Source: Candidatus Bathyarchaeota archaeon
Lineage (GTDB): Archaea > Thermoproteota > Bathyarchaeia > TCS64 > B23
Direction of reading: 5' to 3'
NCBI GenBank assembly: GCA_021161045.1
Contig: JAGHBJ010000074.1
Coordinates: 1 to 36,956 of the forward strand
DNA length: 36,956 nucleotides
Part shown: one piece after another, positions 27,057 through 35,735 of the stretch
Layout: every line of letters starts with the position of its first letter
Numbering within the stretch: the stretch's first letter is position 1
Translations under genes and position numbers: made by a program
The notes under the pieces: generated by a model
The model's input: only the letters and a program-made list of their open reading frames with translations
Databases searched by the model: none
Told to the model about the DNA's origin: nothing

Positions 27057-27632
27057 TCAATACTCCTCGCAGAGGATCTCGAAGTAGGTCCAGGAGTGTC
27101 CGCAGGAGGGGCATCTCTCCGGAGGCTCCGTGCCCTCATGGACGTAGCCGCATTTACGACACTTCCATCTCACAGCCTTATCCTTCTTGAAGACAGTTCC
27201 CCTCTCCACGTTCTCTAGGAGCTTTAGGAATCTCTCCTCGTGATGCTTCTCTGCGACGGCTATGGCTCTGAGGGTGGCGGCGATCTTATTGAAGCCCTCT
27301 TCCTCCGCCACCTTGGCGAACTCGGGGTACATCTCGGTATGCTCGTATCGTTCACCCTCAGCGGCGGCTCTCAGGTTCTCGGCGGTGCTTCCGATCTTTC
27401 CTGCTGGATAGGAGGCGGTGATCTCAACGAGGCCTCCTTCAAGGAGTTTGAAGAGGGTTTCCGCATGCTCCCTCTCATTCTCGGCGGTTTCCAGGAAGAT
27501 GGCTGCGATCTGCTCATAGCCCTCCTTCCTCGCCTGGGAGGCGAAGAAGGTGTATCGGTTTCGGGCCTGGGACTCTCCTGCAAAGGCTATCAGGAGATTC
27601 TTCTCGGTTCTGGTTCCCTTTAGGCTCTTCAT
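27057..27632 (-). CDS. rbr: rubrerythrin
   Basis: AFAGESQARNRY, E.EHA, GE.YE...MYP, EKHH and C-terminal WKCRKCGY...CPSC. Confidence 0.96.
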   Translation of the reverse strand: MKSLKGTRTEKNLLIAFAGESQARNRYTFFASQARKEGYEQIAAIFLETAENEREHAETLFKLLEGGLVEITASYPAGKIGSTAENLRAAAEGERYEHTEMYPEFAKVAEEEGFNKIAATLRAIAVAEKHHEERFLKLLENVERGTVFKKDKAVRWKCRKCGYVHEGTEPPERCPSCGHSWTYFEILCEEY

Positions 27633-27664
27633 CTATTCTCGATTGACATCTATGTGATATATCT

Positions 27665-27709
27665 TTTTCGGATGAATTTCGACGAAAAATTAATTAATTT
27701 ATCCGAAAA
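27665..27709. promoter_or_regulatory. inverted-repeat operator region between rbr and the Lrp gene
   Basis: Arms TTTTCGGATGAATT (27665-78) and AATTTATCCGAAAA (27696-709) match 13/14; nested TTTCG-A-CGAAA palindrome at 27677-27687. Confidence 0.65.
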
Positions 27710-27720
27710 TAGGATCAACG

Positions 27721-28149
27721 ATGCTCGACGAGATCGATCTGAGGATCATAGAGCTGTTGATGGAGGATGGACGGAGACCCTACACGGAGATGGCTAAGAA
27801 ACTTGGCCTAAGCGAGTCAACGGTGAGGAAGAGGATTCAGGCCCTGGTGGAGGAGGGGGTGATTAGGCGTTTCACGGTGGAAGTGGAGCCCTCGAAGCTA
27901 GGCTTGAGAACCGTCGCCATAGTAGGCGTCGATGTGGAGCCTCCTAGGCTGCTGGAGGTGGCTCAGAGCCTTTCACAGCTTCGGGAGGCGAGATGGGTGG
28001 CCACCTCAACTGGTGATCACATGATCATGATGGAGGTCTGGACTAGGGATGGCCGAGCCCTGACGCGGTTGATCTCTGAGCGTATAGGTGGAATCGAAGG
28101 CGTTAAACGGGTCTGCCCAGCGATAATCCTGGAGAGGTTGAAGGGTTAG
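27721..28149 (+). CDS. lrpA: Lrp/AsnC transcriptional regulator (LrpA/Ptr2-like)
   Basis: LDEID..I...L..DGR, LGLSESTVRKRI..L...GVI HTH; STGDHMIM and VCPAII.E features of the LrpA/Ptr2 clade. Confidence 0.9.
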   Translation: MLDEIDLRIIELLMEDGRRPYTEMAKKLGLSESTVRKRIQALVEEGVIRRFTVEVEPSKLGLRTVAIVGVDVEPPRLLEVAQSLSQLREARWVATSTGDHMIMMEVWTRDGRALTRLISERIGGIEGVKRVCPAIILERLKG

Positions 28150-29318
28150 CAGAATCCGAGTAGGCGTTCAGCAGCCCTATCCCGTTTGAAGATTGCGAAT
28201 TCCCTATAGCCTAGGAGCTCCGCCTTAGTCTTCCTCCCCGAGGCGACTTGGATGACGAGGTTGAAGATGCGCTCGCCCACCTCCCTTATCGATTCCACGC
28301 CCTCTATGATGGTTCCGGCGTTGATGTCGATATTATCCCCCATCCGTCGATAGGTCTCAGGGTTTCCAGTCACCTTTATCACTGGGGCTATGGCATGGCC
28401 TACGGTTGAACCCCTCCCCGTCGTGAAGACGACGATCTGCGCTCCGGCTGCTACCATGTGGGTGACAGACCCAATATCCCATCCGGTTCCATCCTGAAGC
28501 CAGAGTCCACCGCCCTTCGGCTTATCGAGGCCGCTCCAATCGTTTCTCAGCACTCCCATTATCGTTTTTGTTCCCCCCTTCCTTACGGCTCCTAGACTCT
28601 TCTCCTCTATCGTGGTTAGACCTCCCTCGATGTTTCCCCTAGACATATATCGACTTTCCACCCCCATCGCCTCCAGTCTCCTAACCTGCTTCTGGATCAT
28701 CTCCCTAATCGCCTCGGCCACCTCCCTGTTCACGGCTCGTTTACAGAGATAGTTCTCCGCTCCGATCATCTCTTGTGGTTCGCTGATTATGACGGCTCCA
28801 CCCTCCTCGATGAGGAGGTCTGCGGCCACTCCCACGGCTGGGTTAGCCGCTATCCCAGATGTGGCATCTGAACCACCGCATTCGACGGCTAATGTGAGCC
28901 TTGAAAGAGGGAAGGGTTCCCGCCGCTGCTCTGAGACCTCCTCAGCCATCTCGCGTAGCAGCCTCACTCCTCTCTCTATCGCCCTTATGGTTCCACCCTC
29001 CTCCTGGATGATGACCCTCTCAACTCGTTTACCCGTCGGCTTCAAGCCCTCCTCTATTATATCGGCGTTCAGGGTTTCGCAGCCGAGGCCGACTATGAGG
29101 ACGGCGGCCACATTGGGATTCGAGGCTATGCCGATGAGGTTGTGAGCCACCATCCAATCCAGTCCACAGCCATGATGCTGAGTTACGGCCACGGCTCCCT
29201 CCACTTGATGCGCGATCCTCTTAGCCGGCTCAAAGCTGCAGTCGATGGGGGCTAAAACTAGGAGGTGGTTTCTAACTCCCACCGAGCCGTCAGGTCTCTC
29301 ATAGCCGTAGAACTCCAT
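28146..29318 (-). CDS. UxaA/GarD/SuyB family dehydratase-lyase, large subunit
   Basis: GY.RPDG.VGVRN, HHGC, GLGCE, ECGGSD..SG..ANPAVG, GNI.GGLTTIEEKSLG and FTTGRG motifs. Confidence 0.92.
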   Translation of the reverse strand: MEFYGYERPDGSVGVRNHLLVLAPIDCSFEPAKRIAHQVEGAVAVTQHHGCGLDWMVAHNLIGIASNPNVAAVLIVGLGCETLNADIIEEGLKPTGKRVERVIIQEEGGTIRAIERGVRLLREMAEEVSEQRREPFPLSRLTLAVECGGSDATSGIAANPAVGVAADLLIEEGGAVIISEPQEMIGAENYLCKRAVNREVAEAIREMIQKQVRRLEAMGVESRYMSRGNIEGGLTTIEEKSLGAVRKGGTKTIMGVLRNDWSGLDKPKGGGLWLQDGTGWDIGSVTHMVAAGAQIVVFTTGRGSTVGHAIAPVIKVTGNPETYRRMGDNIDINAGTIIEGVESIREVGERIFNLVIQVASGRKTKAELLGYREFAIFKRDRAAERLLGFC

Positions 29319-29319
29319 C

Positions 29320-29622
29320 TCAAATCCTCCTCTCTGGAAGTCTCAAGCTCTCAACGTTGTGTGTATGAACCCATTCACCCCGTCTTATCGGCTTGGAGGC
29401 CACACCGATGACCTCCCCATACTTGATGATCTCCTCGCCCTCCGCTATGTCGATGAGGGCGATCTTATGGCTGAAGGGGATGGCCTCGAGGGCTTCAACC
29501 CTATCGATGATGGATCCTCCACCGGAGACGATCTCCACGATCTCCCCACCGGAGGCCTGAGATAGAAGGGTGGCTACATTGTCCACCTCATCGATCCTCA
29601 GCGCCCTAGCCATGGCGATCAT
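29320..29622 (-). CDS. SAF-domain small subunit of the UxaA/SuyA family
   Basis: DNVAT, IPFSHKIAL.DI..GE.IIKYG..IG and GEWVHTHN motifs. Confidence 0.92.
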   Translation of the reverse strand: MIAMARALRIDEVDNVATLLSQASGGEIVEIVSGGGSIIDRVEALEAIPFSHKIALIDIAEGEEIIKYGEVIGVASKPIRRGEWVHTHNVESLRLPERRI

Positions 29623-29694
29623 CCTCTATTCCTCCATCGGCTAATAATGGTTGCCAGAAAGGGTTATTTAGATAGGGGAGTATTGGGGTGCGGG

Positions 29695-30867
29695 ATGTCT
29701 CCGAGGTTTGAGCGTGAACTTCTGATGATACCTGGCCCCACCATGGTCTCGCCGAGGGTTCTGAGGATCCTATCTAAACCCGTCATAAGCCATTGGAGTG
29801 AGGAGTTCAAGGAGGCCTTCCTCGAATCCTTGAGGCTTACCCAGATGCTCTTCCAGACCGAGGGACACCCCTTCATCCTCCCTGGAAGTGGGACTCTCGG
29901 CATGGAGGCCGCCATAGCAAACATCATCGAGCCTGGCGATCGAGTTCTCTGCGTTGAGAACGGCTTCTTCGGTGAGCGTTGGAGCGAGATCGTCGAGGCT
30001 CATGGAGGAGTCGTCGACCATCTCCGCTTCGACTGGGGTCAGCCCGTAGATCCGAAGCTCGTCGAGGAGAGGCTTCAGGAGGCCGATTATAAGGCTTTCA
30101 CCGTCGAGCATGTCGAGACCTCGACGGGTGTGGCAAACCCCGTGGAGGAGATAGGCCGCATCGCCAGGGGTACGGACGCCGTCTGTATCATCGACTCCGT
30201 CTGCGGCGTCGGAGGTATGCCCTTGAAGATGGATGAGTGGGGCCTCGACCTCTGCCTCACCGGAAGTCAGAAGGCTCTTGGAGCTCCACCTGGATTGGCT
30301 CTTCTCTGCCTTAACGATAAGGCTTGGAGCGTCGTTGAGCGCCGTGAGAAGCCTGTAGCCGACTACTTCGCCGACTTGAGGCGTTGGGGGCCGGTGATGA
30401 GGGATCCCAGCGGATACTTCGCCACCCCGCCTACGGGTATGATCCTAGGCCTCCTAGAGGCGTTGAGACTCATCGCCGAGGAGGGGTTGGAGAACCGGTG
30501 GAGGAGGCATAGGGCCTTCTCAGAGGCCTTCAGAGCTGGCTTGGAGGCCATAGGCTTGGAGTCCTTCCCAGCGAGGGGCTATGAGGCCCACACCGTCTCC
30601 GTGGCTAAGGTTCCGGAGGGGATCGACGACGCCGAGTTGAGGAAGATTATGAGGGAGAGGCATGGAGTCGTCATAGCTGGAGGCCTTGGAAAGCTGAAGG
30701 GGAGGATCATTAGGATTGGCCACATGGGATCGGCTACCATCACCGACCTGGCGGCGACGATGTCCAGCCTGGAGATGGCATTGAAGATCCTCGGCTATGA
30801 GTTGAGGCTGGGCGCAGGCGTTGGGGCGTTGGAGGAGAGGCTTCTCCCCTATCTTTCTACCCCTTAG
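29695..30867 (+). CDS. class V PLP aminotransferase (alanine-glyoxylate / serine-pyruvate type)
   Basis: LMIPGP, GSGT.GMEA, NGFFGER, HVETSTGV, GSQKAL and RIGHMG motifs; start at 29695 preferred because a BRE/TATA lies at about 29657-29670. Confidence 0.93.
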   Translation: MSPRFERELLMIPGPTMVSPRVLRILSKPVISHWSEEFKEAFLESLRLTQMLFQTEGHPFILPGSGTLGMEAAIANIIEPGDRVLCVENGFFGERWSEIVEAHGGVVDHLRFDWGQPVDPKLVEERLQEADYKAFTVEHVETSTGVANPVEEIGRIARGTDAVCIIDSVCGVGGMPLKMDEWGLDLCLTGSQKALGAPPGLALLCLNDKAWSVVERREKPVADYFADLRRWGPVMRDPSGYFATPPTGMILGLLEALRLIAEEGLENRWRRHRAFSEAFRAGLEAIGLESFPARGYEAHTVSVAKVPEGIDDAELRKIMRERHGVVIAGGLGKLKGRIIRIGHMGSATITDLAATMSSLEMALKILGYELRLGAGVGALEERLLPYLSTP

Positions 30868-31576
30868 CCCCCTCTAGGATGACCCTCGCGTCGACGATCT
30901 TCGCTCCCTTCTCGTAGACCATTATGGGGTTTAGGTCTAGCTCCTTTATCTCGGGGATATCCATCAGCATCTCAGAGGTTTTAAGGAGGATCTCTATCAG
31001 GGCCTCCTTATCGGCCTTGGGCATGCCTCTAGCCCCCTCGAGGATCTTGTAGGCCTTTATCTCTCCTATCATCTCCTCGGCGTCGACGCGTTCTATGGGG
31101 ACTAATCGGAAGGAGACATCTCTGAGTATCTCGACGAAGATCCCTCCGAGGCCGAACATGATGGTGGGGCCGAATGTTGGATCCTTAATGGCTCCCACGA
31201 TGACCTCCGTCGAGCTGGGCGCCATCTCCTGGACGATAATCCCCTCGATGACGGCTCCTGGAACCTTCGCCTTCACGTTTTCATGTATCCTCCGGTAAGC
31301 CTCCCTAACTCCCTCCTCGTCTCTGAGATTTAGGATGACTCCTCCAACATCGGATTTGTGGAGAACCTGCGGTGAGATCACCTTCAGGACTATGGGGAAT
31401 CCAATTCTCCTCGCGGCCTCTACGGCTTCATCCTCCGATTTGGCCACCTCAAATCTGGTGACGGGCAGCCCATAGAGGGCGCAGAGTCTCTTAGCCTCAG
31501 GCTCTAGGAGGAAGTCTCGATCCTCCTCCCTCGCCTTTGAGATGATCTTCTCGGCCTCCCCCTTCATCGCGGACAC
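30857..31576 (-). CDS. acdB: ADP-forming acetyl/acyl-CoA synthetase beta subunit (ATP-grasp)
   Basis: LLEPEAK, GFPIVLKV.SP..LHKSDVGGV, DP.FGP.IMFGLGG.FVE and LDLNP motifs. Confidence 0.93.
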   Translation of the reverse strand: MSAMKGEAEKIISKAREEDRDFLLEPEAKRLCALYGLPVTRFEVAKSEDEAVEAARRIGFPIVLKVISPQVLHKSDVGGVILNLRDEEGVREAYRRIHENVKAKVPGAVIEGIIVQEMAPSSTEVIVGAIKDPTFGPTIMFGLGGIFVEILRDVSFRLVPIERVDAEEMIGEIKAYKILEGARGMPKADKEALIEILLKTSEMLMDIPEIKELDLNPIMVYEKGAKIVDARVILEGAKG

Positions 31577-31665
31577 CGGCTCCTATACTCTCCGCTTCTA
31601 GGCTTTAAAGTTTAGAGGTTCATCGAGAAGCTTATATGAGGAGGGGTTTCACTCATGGCAGAGCC

Positions 31666-33891
31666 ATGAGGAAGCTCTTAGCCTATCCCCTCTGCGTTCT
31701 ATTGGCCTTCACCCTCGGCTATCTACTTCTACATCCAACCTTAAGGATGATAGCTGACTGGCTCAGCCCCCTCTTAGGCTCATCATTTCTCACCCTTATA
31801 GTCTCAGCCTACCTCACCTTCGGAGACTCCCTAGCCTATAGGGAGCTTCTACTCATCTGGGTGTTAACCGGCATCCTCTGCGGGGTCATCATCCGCAGGA
31901 GGTTGGGGGGAGTCTCCACAGCCGTGGGCATCTACTCCACCATCTCAGCCTTCATGGGCCTCTCCCTCTACAACATCATCCAGAGGGCTAGGGAGCTAGG
32001 CCTCATGGAGGGTGGGGGAAACCTCCTCACCATGATTCCACCCCTCCCAAGGGGCTTGACCATCGCCCATCTCATGGAGGCCCCGATAATCGGCCCCCTC
32101 ATCGAGAGGATTACACCCCTCATGGCTGGTGGTATGCCCTCCATGGAGTCTATGAGGGAGCTCCTATCGATGTTGATCACCAACATCCTTTCCCCCATCC
32201 TCATCGCCTCCGCCGAGAACACCGTCATCGTCGCCGTATCAACCCACATCGGGGTGGAGGTGGGGAAGCTGCTGGAGAAGGTCCTCACACCCCTCTCCGA
32301 GGGCCTTAGAGATAGGCTTAGAGGTGGAGCCGCCACAGCGGCGTTAATATTCCTCCTCACGGCGGCATTCCCCTCCCCCGTGATCCAGGCTCAGGGGGAG
32401 GAGGTCTACGTGGAAAATCTCATCGCCCTCGCCGACGATGTCGGCAGAGGCTATATAGCAGCCTTATTCCTCGACTCCGAGCTCTCCATTGGGGACATCG
32501 ACCTGAAAGGCCCTGAGGCTGAGGGCCTCCTCGCCTCGGTGGTCATCACCCATGAGGGCCTCATAGACCTACTGAGGGAGGTGATGAGGGATGGGGGAAT
32601 GGAGCTGGGGGGCTTCGCTCCCTCCTCCTTCATGGAGCTAGCTCCGCCGACGCTTCTCCTCAATATCTACCTCGACACCCCCCTGGAGGTGGCGGAGGAG
32701 CGCTCCTCATCCATAGTCTCAGCCTTCTCTAAGCAGCTGGACATCCAGCTCCATCGACTCCTCTCCATCGAGAGGGAGATTAACTCCACGGAGGGGCCGG
32801 AGAAGATATACCTCGGCGTCTATACCTCCTCCGCCGGCGTTGATGAGCTGGCTGATGAATATCTCAGCCTCATCCCCTCAAATCGAGGGGGCCTCGCTGA
32901 GGCCGTCGTCGAGGCCTATAAGACTGGGAGGCTCAGGGAATCCGCCGACGGCGTCCTACTATACGCGGGCATCATCAACCCCCTGACGCTCATCCAATAC
33001 CTCCCCATGGAGCAGCTGGAGACCCTAAACCTGACGGATCTCATCCTCCCCAGGGTTGAGGGAGGAATAGGAGTCTCAGGACTCATAGGCTACTGGAGGA
33101 GAGGCGTCCACTCCCCACCTGATAGGCATACGTTAAGCCTCGATGATCTCCTCGGCGCTGAGGGCATCTCCTTCTCCCCAGATGCCGAGGTGTCAAACCT
33201 ACTCCTCCTCATCATGAACACCACCATCGGCGCACCCATCTATGGCAAATTGTACACAACCCTACCTCTCGAGAAGCCGCCGGCTGGGATGATGGTTGAG
33301 ACCCTACCCACGGGCGCCTCCATACCTGCCTCCGCCCTCTCAGCCAACTTCGAGGCATCTCTCCCACCGGAGATAAGGGTCATCAAAACCGTCTCGCCAA
33401 CCATCGTGGATCAGGGGGAGGAGGTGACCGTCACCGTCATCGTGGAGAATCTAGGAGAGGATTCCGTAGAGGCCGTCTATCTAAACGACTCCCAAACAGC
33501 CTACCATTATCCCCTAAGCCTGGAGATCTCAGGCTCCACAGCTGAGGGTTGGGGAGGCATAGAGCCAGGCGGATCTAGGAGCATCACCTATAGATTGACG
33601 CCGAGGGCTGGGGGCATCTACACCCTAAGTCCAGCCGTCGCCAGCTATAGGTGGAGAGGTGAGACATATTTCACCGTCTCCGAATCCGTGGAGTTTAGGG
33701 TGAGACAGCCTCCACCTCACGCCATAGTCGTCGGGATGCTCATAGGCCTATGGATGGATGCCGCGAGGCTCCTCGACACCCTCATCGGGGGATGGGGAAC
33801 AGAGGTGATGCAGCTCCTCACCATCGGCGTCATCATCCTCCTCGCCGTCCAGGAGGCTCGAAACATCAGGAAGTGGCTTAGAGGAGAATAG
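31666..33891 (+). CDS. large multi-pass membrane / cell-surface protein with a C-terminal Ig-like (DUF11/CARDB/BatD-like) domain
   Basis: N-terminal TM bundle; V.KTVS...V..GE.VTVTV.VEN.G, I.PG.S...TY and G.YTL.PA...Y pattern; C-terminal TM anchor. Confidence 0.7.
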   Translation: MRKLLAYPLCVLLAFTLGYLLLHPTLRMIADWLSPLLGSSFLTLIVSAYLTFGDSLAYRELLLIWVLTGILCGVIIRRRLGGVSTAVGIYSTISAFMGLSLYNIIQRARELGLMEGGGNLLTMIPPLPRGLTIAHLMEAPIIGPLIERITPLMAGGMPSMESMRELLSMLITNILSPILIASAENTVIVAVSTHIGVEVGKLLEKVLTPLSEGLRDRLRGGAATAALIFLLTAAFPSPVIQAQGEEVYVENLIALADDVGRGYIAALFLDSELSIGDIDLKGPEAEGLLASVVITHEGLIDLLREVMRDGGMELGGFAPSSFMELAPPTLLLNIYLDTPLEVAEERSSSIVSAFSKQLDIQLHRLLSIEREINSTEGPEKIYLGVYTSSAGVDELADEYLSLIPSNRGGLAEAVVEAYKTGRLRESADGVLLYAGIINPLTLIQYLPMEQLETLNLTDLILPRVEGGIGVSGLIGYWRRGVHSPPDRHTLSLDDLLGAEGISFSPDAEVSNLLLLIMNTTIGAPIYGKLYTTLPLEKPPAGMMVETLPTGASIPASALSANFEASLPPEIRVIKTVSPTIVDQGEEVTVTVIVENLGEDSVEAVYLNDSQTAYHYPLSLEISGSTAEGWGGIEPGGSRSITYRLTPRAGGIYTLSPAVASYRWRGETYFTVSESVEFRVRQPPPHAIVVGMLIGLWMDAARLLDTLIGGWGTEVMQLLTIGVIILLAVQEARNIRKWLRGE

Positions 33892-33900
33892 TTGGCCTTT

Positions 33901-34269
33901 CTATACCTCCATCCCTTTATGCTCCCTCAATCTCTCCCTAAGCCACCTCGCCACCTCCTTTAAAAGTGGGTTAGGCGTAGCGAGAACCGGAACCTCCCTG
34001 GCGCCTACTCTTAGTATGGGTCGGTACTCAGGCATCTCCGCGTAGAGGAGGCTCGCCCAGTAGATGCGGCCCCTCATACGCTCCTTCAGGAGCTCCTTGG
34101 TGTTGAAGGGTAGGGGGACGTGGTGGAAGGCGACTCCCTCCGCCCAGTTGAGGACGACGGGTCTCCCAGCCTCTATGAGGAGGGCGCAGACCTCGGCGAG
34201 CTCCTGTAGGGTGTACTCAACCATCTCTAGGATTATGAGCTCCTTAGCAGGCATGTAGGTGATCTTCAC
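33901..34269 (-). CDS. conserved archaeal hypothetical protein
   Basis: Clean 122-aa ORF with host codon usage, 2 nt downstream of the aminotransferase stop. Confidence 0.75.
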   Translation of the reverse strand: MKITYMPAKELIILEMVEYTLQELAEVCALLIEAGRPVVLNWAEGVAFHHVPLPFNTKELLKERMRGRIYWASLLYAEMPEYRPILRVGAREVPVLATPNPLLKEVARWLRERLREHKGMEV

Positions 34270-34271
34270 CT

Positions 34272-35627
34272 CTACCCCCTCAGCTCCCTCTTCACCTCAC
34301 CTATGGATTTGTAGAGTCTATCAACGATCTCGTCAACCTCGCCGTGGCCGACGATGAGGGGTGGAGCCACCTGTATGTGGTCGCCCCTAACTCCATCTAC
34401 GGTTCCAGAGCCTGGATAAATGAGGAGGCCATTCCTCAGGCAGGCCTCGTAGACCCTCTGGTGAACCCTCTTCTCGGGTGGGAAGGGTTTCTTAGATTCT
34501 CGATCGGCGACGAACTCTATGCCCGCGAAGAGTCCTAGGCCTCGGACATCGCCGACGATGCCATAATCATAGAGGTCTTGAAGCCTCCTCAGTAGGTGTC
34601 TCCCCATCTCCGCCGCCCTCTCTACGAGGTTGTGCCTCTCAATATACTCCATCACTGCCAATCCGACGGCGCAGGCGACGGGATGCCCCGTATAGGTGTG
34701 GCCGTGAAAGAAGGGGCTCTTAAAGGCTTCATAGACCCTCTCAGATGCGACGGCGGCTCCAAGGGGTATGTAGCCGCTGGATAGGCCCTTGGCCACAGCC
34801 ATTATGTCGGGTTCTACGCCGTAATGTTCGAGGGCGAAGCGTCTACCGGTTCTGCCGAAGCCCGTCATCACCTCATCGGCGATGAATAGAACCCCATAGC
34901 GATCACATATCTCCCTGATTATCTTGAAGTAGTCCTCAGGCGCTGGAACGGTTCCAAGGGTGGCCCCCACAACCGGCTCGGCGATGAAGGCTGAGACATA
35001 CTCGGGGCCAACAGCCTTTATAGCCGTCTCCAAGGCCCAGGCACATTCGAGGTCACAGCTCTCAGGGGTCTTCCCAAACCAGCATCGATAGCAGTAGGCG
35101 GGCGGTATATGGGGGAAGTCAAGCAGCATGGGTGTGTAGAGCCTCCGCCTCTGGATATTCCCAGACATCGATAGGGCTCCAAGGGTGTTGCCATGATAAC
35201 TCTGCCATCGAGCTATCACCTTATATCGACTCCCCTCACCCCGTTCTAGGTGGTATTGCCTCGCCATCTTGGCGGCTGACTCCGTGGCCTCCGAGCCTCC
35301 ACAGCAGAAGAAGACCCGTGTAAGGCTTGGAGGCGTGAACTCAGCTAGCTTCTCCGCACATTTCACGACGACCTCAACGGCGTGGTGGAAGCTGTGGGCG
35401 AAGGGGAGCCTCTCCAACTGCTTTAGGGCTGCATCCCAAACCTCCCTGACGCCGTAGCCGATGTTTACGCAGATGGGCCCTGAGCTCCCATCGATGTATC
35501 GATTACCGGCCTCATCCCAGACGTAGATGCCCTCCCCCCTCACCAGCTTCAGCAATGGGCCTGAACCCCTAGAGAAGAGCCTCGTCTCCACGGGGTCTAG
35601 GAAGGGTTTTCCGTCCACTGCCATCAA
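34272..35627 (-). CDS. class III PLP (omega-amino acid / BioA-like) aminotransferase
   Basis: GEG.YVWD..G..YID, GGSEATE, SYHG.T, AFIAEPV, ADEVMTGFGRTG, AKGL and HGHTY motifs. Confidence 0.93.
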   Translation of the reverse strand: MMAVDGKPFLDPVETRLFSRGSGPLLKLVRGEGIYVWDEAGNRYIDGSSGPICVNIGYGVREVWDAALKQLERLPFAHSFHHAVEVVVKCAEKLAEFTPPSLTRVFFCCGGSEATESAAKMARQYHLERGEGSRYKVIARWQSYHGNTLGALSMSGNIQRRRLYTPMLLDFPHIPPAYCYRCWFGKTPESCDLECAWALETAIKAVGPEYVSAFIAEPVVGATLGTVPAPEDYFKIIREICDRYGVLFIADEVMTGFGRTGRRFALEHYGVEPDIMAVAKGLSSGYIPLGAAVASERVYEAFKSPFFHGHTYTGHPVACAVGLAVMEYIERHNLVERAAEMGRHLLRRLQDLYDYGIVGDVRGLGLFAGIEFVADRESKKPFPPEKRVHQRVYEACLRNGLLIYPGSGTVDGVRGDHIQVAPPLIVGHGEVDEIVDRLYKSIGEVKRELRG

Positions 35628-35735
35628 AGCCTGATATGGTTAAAGCTCTCTTAAAGATGAGGCTACAGCCCTCGTCAAGCAGCCCTGTGAGATCTATCCC
35701 ATCGACAGCCGATGGAGGTCTCCAGCACCCCGCTG

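Noticed and set aside
30857-31576. ACD beta subunit without an alpha subunit as an anomaly
   Set aside because: Unlinked alpha and beta genes are common in archaea
35660-35735. Short hairpin (CCATCG-ACAGC-CGATGG) and minus-strand AVDGIDLT peptide reminiscent of an ABC ATPase start
   Set aside because: Too short to distinguish from chance; no ORF or Walker A motif follows
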